Source: Myxococcota bacterium (GTDB lineage Bacteria > Myxococcota_A > SURF-8). Taken from it: a stretch of 64,000 nucleotides of DNA. Below, one piece after another: positions 58,925 through 64,000 of this stretch. Under the pieces are notes generated by a model that worked only from the letters and a program-made list of their open reading frames with translations, was not told where the DNA came from and did not search any database. The position numbers and the translations under genes were made by a program. Position 1 is the stretch's first letter. Each line of letters opens with the position of its first letter. Location of the stretch: the NCBI GenBank assembly GCA_965140415.1, contig OZ223209.1, positions 2,752,001 through 2,816,000 of the forward strand. Direction: 5' to 3'.

Positions 58925-60568
58925 TCAGTGTTGCAGAATTTCTCCCAGTCGCTTGGTCAACTTCAAATTTTCTCCGTAATCGACGGGAACCACGATCACG
59001 GTCGGTTTCGATTTTTCTTTAAATGCTTTTTTCATGATTGGAATAAAGTCTTCCGTACGTTCAACTTTCACACCATTGCAACCGAATGATTCCGCCAACT
59101 TAACCATGTCAGGATTCTTGATCACCGTGTGAGATGCTTTGCCGAATTGCGCCATCTGCTTCCAGGTGATCAAGCCGTATTCATCATCCTGCCATACCAG
59201 GAAAGTGGCTGGAATGTTGTATTGTACGGCAGTTGCCAGTTCCTGCACGTTCATCAGAAAACCACCGTCGCCGCATAGGCCGACCACATTTTTTTCCGGG
59301 AACAATCGTTTGGCCGAGATCGCGCCGGGCAGGGCGATGCCCATCGAGCAGAATCCATTCGAGATGATGCAGCTATTGGGAACGTAGGTTGGAAACGAGC
59401 GGGCTACCCACATTTTATGCGCCCCAACATCGCTTATAAGAATATCGTCGTCCCGCATAATCGCTCGTAAGTCGTGCAGAATGCGTTGAGGTTTCATGGG
59501 AAAATCCGGGCTGTCGGATTCGAAAGACAATTCCTGCTGAATGTGCGAGCGTTCCGTAGCAAATTCAGGAACATCTTTCCAGTGTTTGTGTGTCAGTCGT
59601 TGATTGATCGCCCACATGGCTCCAGCCAGGTCTCCGACGACTTCGACTTCAGGGCGGTAGTGCTCATCTACTTCTGCCGGAGTGAAATCGATGTGAATAA
59701 TGCGCTTGTTATGCTTGGGATTCCAAACGGATGGGTGCCATTCGACGAGATCGTAGCCGATGCATAAAACCAGATCCGCCTGATCGAAGGATTCGGAAAC
59801 ATGATCCCTGCTTTGCAAACCAGCAGTCATTAGGCTGCGTTCGTGACGTGCGCTGACTGCGCCTTTTCCCATAAAGGTATTTGTAACGTAAAAGCCGCTT
59901 TTTTCTACTAGTATATTCAATTGCTTAGCTGCTCTTGTGCGAACGCAGCCATTGCCGGCTAAGATGATGGGTCGCTCGGCCTGGGCCAGCAATTCCATTA
60001 CCCGATCGATCGCTTTCTCGTCTGCGGCAGGGCGTCTGACTTTCGATCCTTTTTGAAAAGGAACGTTTCCCGTGTCTTCTTTTGCAATGTTTTCAGGTAG
60101 TTCAATGAGGCAGGCACCGGGCTTTTCCGTTGCTGCGAGTTTGAAAGCTTTATGAATGACTTCGGGAATGTTGCAGCCGTGATAAATGGAGTGCGACCAT
60201 TTGGTGATCGGCTCGAATAAGTCAACAATATTCATGTTTTGGTGAGATTCTTTATGGAGACGCTGCGTGCTGGCTTGTCCGGCGATTGCCACAACCGGGC
60301 TTCGATCCATATTCGCATTTGCCACGCCGGTTACCAGATTGCTTGCTCCCGGTCCAAGGGTAGCCAAGCAAACGCCTGGCTTGCCTGTTAGTCTTCCATA
60401 AACGTCCGCCATAAAAGCTGCTCCCTGCTCGTGGCGGCAGATTACGAACTCAATTGGAGAATCCAGCAAGGAAATCATCAAATCGGCGTTTTCTTCACCC
60501 GGAACGCCGAAGATCGTGTCGACTCCTTCTTCTTCCAGGCATCGTAAAAACAAATCCGATGCTTTCAT
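58925..60568 (-). CDS. ThDP-dependent acetolactate-synthase-like enzyme (possible 2-oxoglutarate decarboxylase)
   Basis: FGVPGEEN, RHEQGAAFMAD, TLGPG, KESHQ, GDGGFLMN. Confidence 0.88.
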   Translation of the reverse strand: MKASDLFLRCLEEEGVDTIFGVPGEENADLMISLLDSPIEFVICRHEQGAAFMADVYGRLTGKPGVCLATLGPGASNLVTGVANANMDRSPVVAIAGQASTQRLHKESHQNMNIVDLFEPITKWSHSIYHGCNIPEVIHKAFKLAATEKPGACLIELPENIAKEDTGNVPFQKGSKVRRPAADEKAIDRVMELLAQAERPIILAGNGCVRTRAAKQLNILVEKSGFYVTNTFMGKGAVSARHERSLMTAGLQSRDHVSESFDQADLVLCIGYDLVEWHPSVWNPKHNKRIIHIDFTPAEVDEHYRPEVEVVGDLAGAMWAINQRLTHKHWKDVPEFATERSHIQQELSFESDSPDFPMKPQRILHDLRAIMRDDDILISDVGAHKMWVARSFPTYVPNSCIISNGFCSMGIALPGAISAKRLFPEKNVVGLCGDGGFLMNVQELATAVQYNIPATFLVWQDDEYGLITWKQMAQFGKASHTVIKNPDMVKLAESFGCNGVKVERTEDFIPIMKKAFKEKSKPTVIVVPVDYGENLKLTKRLGEILQH

Positions 60569-60816
60569 TTATGCCTCCTCCGCAGGTTTGCAATGTTCGT
60601 TTACTTGCAAGAAATGTGTAGTTCTTTCATTGCGATAGCTTAACATGAAACCTCTGAAAACAGAAGCCATTGAAGTCAATCGCGAACAATAGGCGACTTC
60701 TTGTGTCAAGTCGTACATGCGTTTAAGGACATGCATAGCTATAAGTAGATCATGGAAAAGGGAGAATCATTCCACCTTGAATGGAAAATTTGAATTGTTG
60801 CAAAGTGATGGTTAAT

Positions 60817-61030
60817 TAGTGGTCATCTTGTGGCGCGATTGTGTAGCTTTTCGATTTTGCTTCCAAAATGGCACGGTGAGTGTGGCGAAATAGTGGCGCG
60901 ATAGTGGTCATCTTGTGGCGTGATAGTGTCGTTTTACGGTCCGCTTTGTGCAAAGAGATTTGTGGTCTGTAACAACGTGCTGTTGTGTTTGTGGCGTTTT
61001 ACTGGTCACCTTGTGTTGGTTTACGGTCTT
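60817..61030. repeat. G/T-rich degenerate repeat tract downstream of argH
   Basis: TAGTGGTCATCTTGTGGCG at 60817-60835 and 60902-60920; partial copy at 61003-61015; several GTGGCG. Confidence 0.6.
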
Positions 61031-61036
61031 GTGGTG

Positions 61037-62413
61037 TCAGCATGTTTCAAGCCAGTTTGAAAGCCACTGGATCTGACGGCGCACCTCTTTTGGAGCGGTT
61101 CCTCCCAATACCGAACGAGTAAGGACGGCCTGTTCATAGCTAAGCGAAAGCTCGGTCAGAGAAAGTTCGGGGAAGTCGGCTTTCAATTCCTCCGGGGTGA
61201 GAGATTTCAAGTTCTTTTGTTGCGATTCCAGCTTTGAAACAAGCTTTCCAACACGTTCGTGAGCGAGTCGGAAAGGAACGCCTGTTTTGGTGAGCAAATC
61301 TGCCAAATCAGTCGCGAGAAGATCGCCACTAAGTGAATTAGACAATTTCTCTTCGTTGAACGTTGCTCCATTCAACGCCCCGGTGAAAACGCGCAAAACG
61401 ATTTCCGTTGTATCCAGAGCATCGAATAAAGCGGTCTTGTCTTCTTGTAAATCTTTTGCATAACTCAGAGGAACGCCCTTGGTGAGAGCGAGTAAGACCG
61501 TGCATTGTCCGATGACCCGTGCCGCCTTGCCGCGAACCAATTCCATCGCGTCCGGGTTTCGTTTTTGCGGCATCATCGAACTGCCTGTCGAATAGGTGTC
61601 GTCGAAACGGATGTAGCCGAAAGCGGGATTGGACCAGAACACGAATTGTTCGGCGTAACGGGACAAATGCGTGCAGATCCCGGCGCAGGCGAACACCGTT
61701 TCCTGAACGGCGTCGCGGTCGCTGATGGCGTCGATGCTGTTTCGAAGAACATCCGAAAAGCCTAGATCCTGAGCCAATCTTTCCCTGTCTACCGGGAAGC
61801 CGGAGCCTGCCAGCGCACCGCTGCCCAAAGGACAGCAATCGGCGTGGCTATAAGCTGCTTCAAGTCGCTCGATGTCACGTTTTAGTGCGAAAGCGAGTGA
61901 TAGCAGGAAATGTCCCAGCGTTACCGGTTGTGCGGGTTGAAGATGCGTGGTCCCGGCGAAAAGAGTATCCACATGTTGTTCCGACCGTTTTAGAAGTACG
62001 CGAAGTAGTTGACGGGTCAACTCGATCTGCGCTTTCAGGGCGGACTTTAAATAAAGTCGTAAATCGCAAACAACCTGATCGTTGCGACTACGACCTGTGT
62101 GAATTTTCGCTCCTGTTGGTCCCAGTTTCTCAGTTAGAAGGCGTTCGACCAGGGTGTGTACGTCTTCATCATCGGGAAGAGTATCGAAGGCACCTTGTTC
62201 AAAATCAATAAGGATCGCATCCAGAGCGGGGAGCAACTCCGACAGTTCCTTTTCGGAAAGGACGCCGATACGCTGCAATTCCTTTGCCCAGGCTTTATTC
62301 GTTTGGATGTCGTATGGTAGAAAGCGGATATCTACCGGTAACGAGCGGTTAAGTGCGTCCATCCATTCGTCGGATTCGTTCTGAATGCGTCCCTGATAAA
62401 GTGTCACGATCAA
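61037..62413 (-). CDS. argH: Argininosuccinate lyase
   Basis: [29 protein letters not shown]. Confidence 0.96.
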   Translation of the reverse strand: MIVTLYQGRIQNESDEWMDALNRSLPVDIRFLPYDIQTNKAWAKELQRIGVLSEKELSELLPALDAILIDFEQGAFDTLPDDEDVHTLVERLLTEKLGPTGAKIHTGRSRNDQVVCDLRLYLKSALKAQIELTRQLLRVLLKRSEQHVDTLFAGTTHLQPAQPVTLGHFLLSLAFALKRDIERLEAAYSHADCCPLGSGALAGSGFPVDRERLAQDLGFSDVLRNSIDAISDRDAVQETVFACAGICTHLSRYAEQFVFWSNPAFGYIRFDDTYSTGSSMMPQKRNPDAMELVRGKAARVIGQCTVLLALTKGVPLSYAKDLQEDKTALFDALDTTEIVLRVFTGALNGATFNEEKLSNSLSGDLLATDLADLLTKTGVPFRLAHERVGKLVSKLESQQKNLKSLTPEELKADFPELSLTELSLSYEQAVLTRSVLGGTAPKEVRRQIQWLSNWLETC

Positions 62414-63690
62414 TCCCTTTTGAAATTATAGCGGAACTTCGAATATTTCGGTGCTTGATAGCCGTTGAGGCGCTCGCCGCCTTCCATTTCGATCAAAGTC
62501 CGAACCTTGATTGGCAGACCATACAGGTTGATGAAGCCTTCCGCGTCGCTCTGGTCGTACACGTCGTCCTGGCCGAAGGTGGCGAAGTCTTCCCGATACA
62601 GCGAGTAAGGCGAGCGCCGACCTTTGACGATGATATTTCCCTTGTACAGCATCAGGCGAACATCGCCGGTGACGTTCTGCTGGGTTTCGGCGACGAATGC
62701 ATCCAGCGCCTCGCGCAAAGGTACAAAGTATCGTCCATTGTATACCAACTCGGCATATTTCGGAGCAAGTTGTTCTTTAAAGTGCATGGTCTCTCCATCG
62801 AGCACCAGACTTTCCAATTCGTGATGAGCCATGTACAGAATCGATCCGCCGGGAGTTTCGTATACGCCACGGGATTTCATGCCGACCAGACGGTTTTCAA
62901 CGATGTCCACACGCCCGACGCCGTGAATGCGTCCCAGTTCGTTCAGTTTCTCAACCAGATCGGCGGCGGAATAGGGCTCGTCATCGATGCTTTTAGGGAC
63001 TCCTTTTTCAAAGCCGATCTGTACTTCCAACCCCTCATCGGGAGCTTCCCAGGGGGCATTGGTAATATGGAATACCCGATCAGGGGCGCTTTCCCAGGGA
63101 TCTTCCAATTCGCCGCCTTCACTGGAAAGGTGCCACAGGTTGCGGTCGTGACTATATATCCCCTTGGGATCGACGTTTAGCGGAATATTGCGCTCTTTGG
63201 CATAGGCGATGGCATCTTCGCGGGAGCGAATATCCCACATGCGCCAGGGTGCGATAACCTTGATTTTCGGATTGTAGGCTTTAAAGGCCAATTCAAAACG
63301 CACCTGATCGTTGCCTTTGCCGGTGCAACCATGCGCGACGGCGTCTGCCCCTTCTTCTTCAGCCACTTCCATCATGCGTTTTGCAATCAATGGCCGGGCG
63401 ATGCTGGTTCCCAAAAGATAGCGTCCTTCATAGACTGCGCCAGCCTGCACCATCGGGAAAAGATAGTCGCTGCAAAAGATCTCCTTCAGATCATCGACGA
63501 TCAGCTTTTCGGCACCGGTTTTCAAGGCTTTTTGCTCCAAGCCTTCCAGTTCTCCCACTCCCTGACCGACATCTGCAACGTAGGCGACGACCTGGCAGTT
63601 ATAGCGCTCTTTCAACCATGAAATGATGATGGAGGTGTCCAATCCACCAGAATATGCTAATACGACTTTCTTGATTTCTTGCTCGTCCAT
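62410..63690 (-). CDS. argG: Argininosuccinate synthase
   Basis: [39 protein letters not shown]. Confidence 0.97.
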   Translation of the reverse strand: MDEQEIKKVVLAYSGGLDTSIIISWLKERYNCQVVAYVADVGQGVGELEGLEQKALKTGAEKLIVDDLKEIFCSDYLFPMVQAGAVYEGRYLLGTSIARPLIAKRMMEVAEEEGADAVAHGCTGKGNDQVRFELAFKAYNPKIKVIAPWRMWDIRSREDAIAYAKERNIPLNVDPKGIYSHDRNLWHLSSEGGELEDPWESAPDRVFHITNAPWEAPDEGLEVQIGFEKGVPKSIDDEPYSAADLVEKLNELGRIHGVGRVDIVENRLVGMKSRGVYETPGGSILYMAHHELESLVLDGETMHFKEQLAPKYAELVYNGRYFVPLREALDAFVAETQQNVTGDVRLMLYKGNIIVKGRRSPYSLYREDFATFGQDDVYDQSDAEGFINLYGLPIKVRTLIEMEGGERLNGYQAPKYSKFRYNFKRD

Positions 63691-63722
63691 TGTTTGCTTC
63701 CTTTTTCTATTTGATTTTTCCG

Positions 63723-64000
63723 TTACTTGATCAGGTTTCGAAGTGTTTTTATCGCTTGCTGTGTTTTGGCAGGACCATCGCAGGCGACGAAGACGGTGTC
63801 GTCACCGGCAACCGTTCCAACAACAAAGGGGAACCTGGCGTTATCCAGGGCGATTCCTACTGCGCCTGCTTCTCCGACCGGAGTGTGAATGACCAACATG
63901 CTGTCACCCGCTTTGTTGATTGCCATTATTTTTTCTTTGAGTCTTTTCGGTAAGGGTTCCGAACGAAGTTCGGGACCAGGCAGAGCGTATTGACCTTGTG
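63723..64000 (-). CDS. argR: Arginine repressor, 5' part outside the window
   Basis: [26 protein letters not shown]; immediately upstream of argG. Confidence 0.88.
   Translation of the reverse strand, partial: QGQYALPGPELRSEPLPKRLKEKIMAINKAGDSMLVIHTPVGEAGAVGIALDNARFPFVVGTVAGDDTVFVACDGPAKTQQAIKTLRNLIK

Overview
Bacterial genomic window, probably a deltaproteobacterium/Myxococcota-like host (inferred from DGD-rich lipoproteins and a MYXO-CTERM-like tail). The left half (about 2.9-32.9 kb, left boundary not resolved) looks like an integrated, capsid-less mobile element ending in a 47-bp 3' fragment of tRNA-Ala(GGC), a likely att site. Its backbone carries a DUF927 helicase, an A-family DNA polymerase, transposase-like HTH genes, a sigma-like factor and all four parts of a prokaryotic ubiquitin-like conjugation system: a Ubl with a masked GG end, an E2-like enzyme with Cys-rich repeats, a JAB isopeptidase and a ThiF/E1. 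That system is interrupted by a CheB/CheR-PAS signalling block and a secreted metalloprotease gene. The right half is mostly housekeeping (rlmN, pyrH, tsf, rpsB, argRGH) but holds two notable items: a radical SAM/SPASM gene followed by an unannotated 30-aa Cys-containing peptide ORF (candidate RiPP), and a phased cluster of about ten DnaA-box-like 9-mers inserted in frame inside that same gene. Also noted are a chlorophyllase-like/polyprenol-kinase-like/SDR operon and an OgdA/SsaD-like gene pair. All family calls come from motif recognition by eye; no searches were run.
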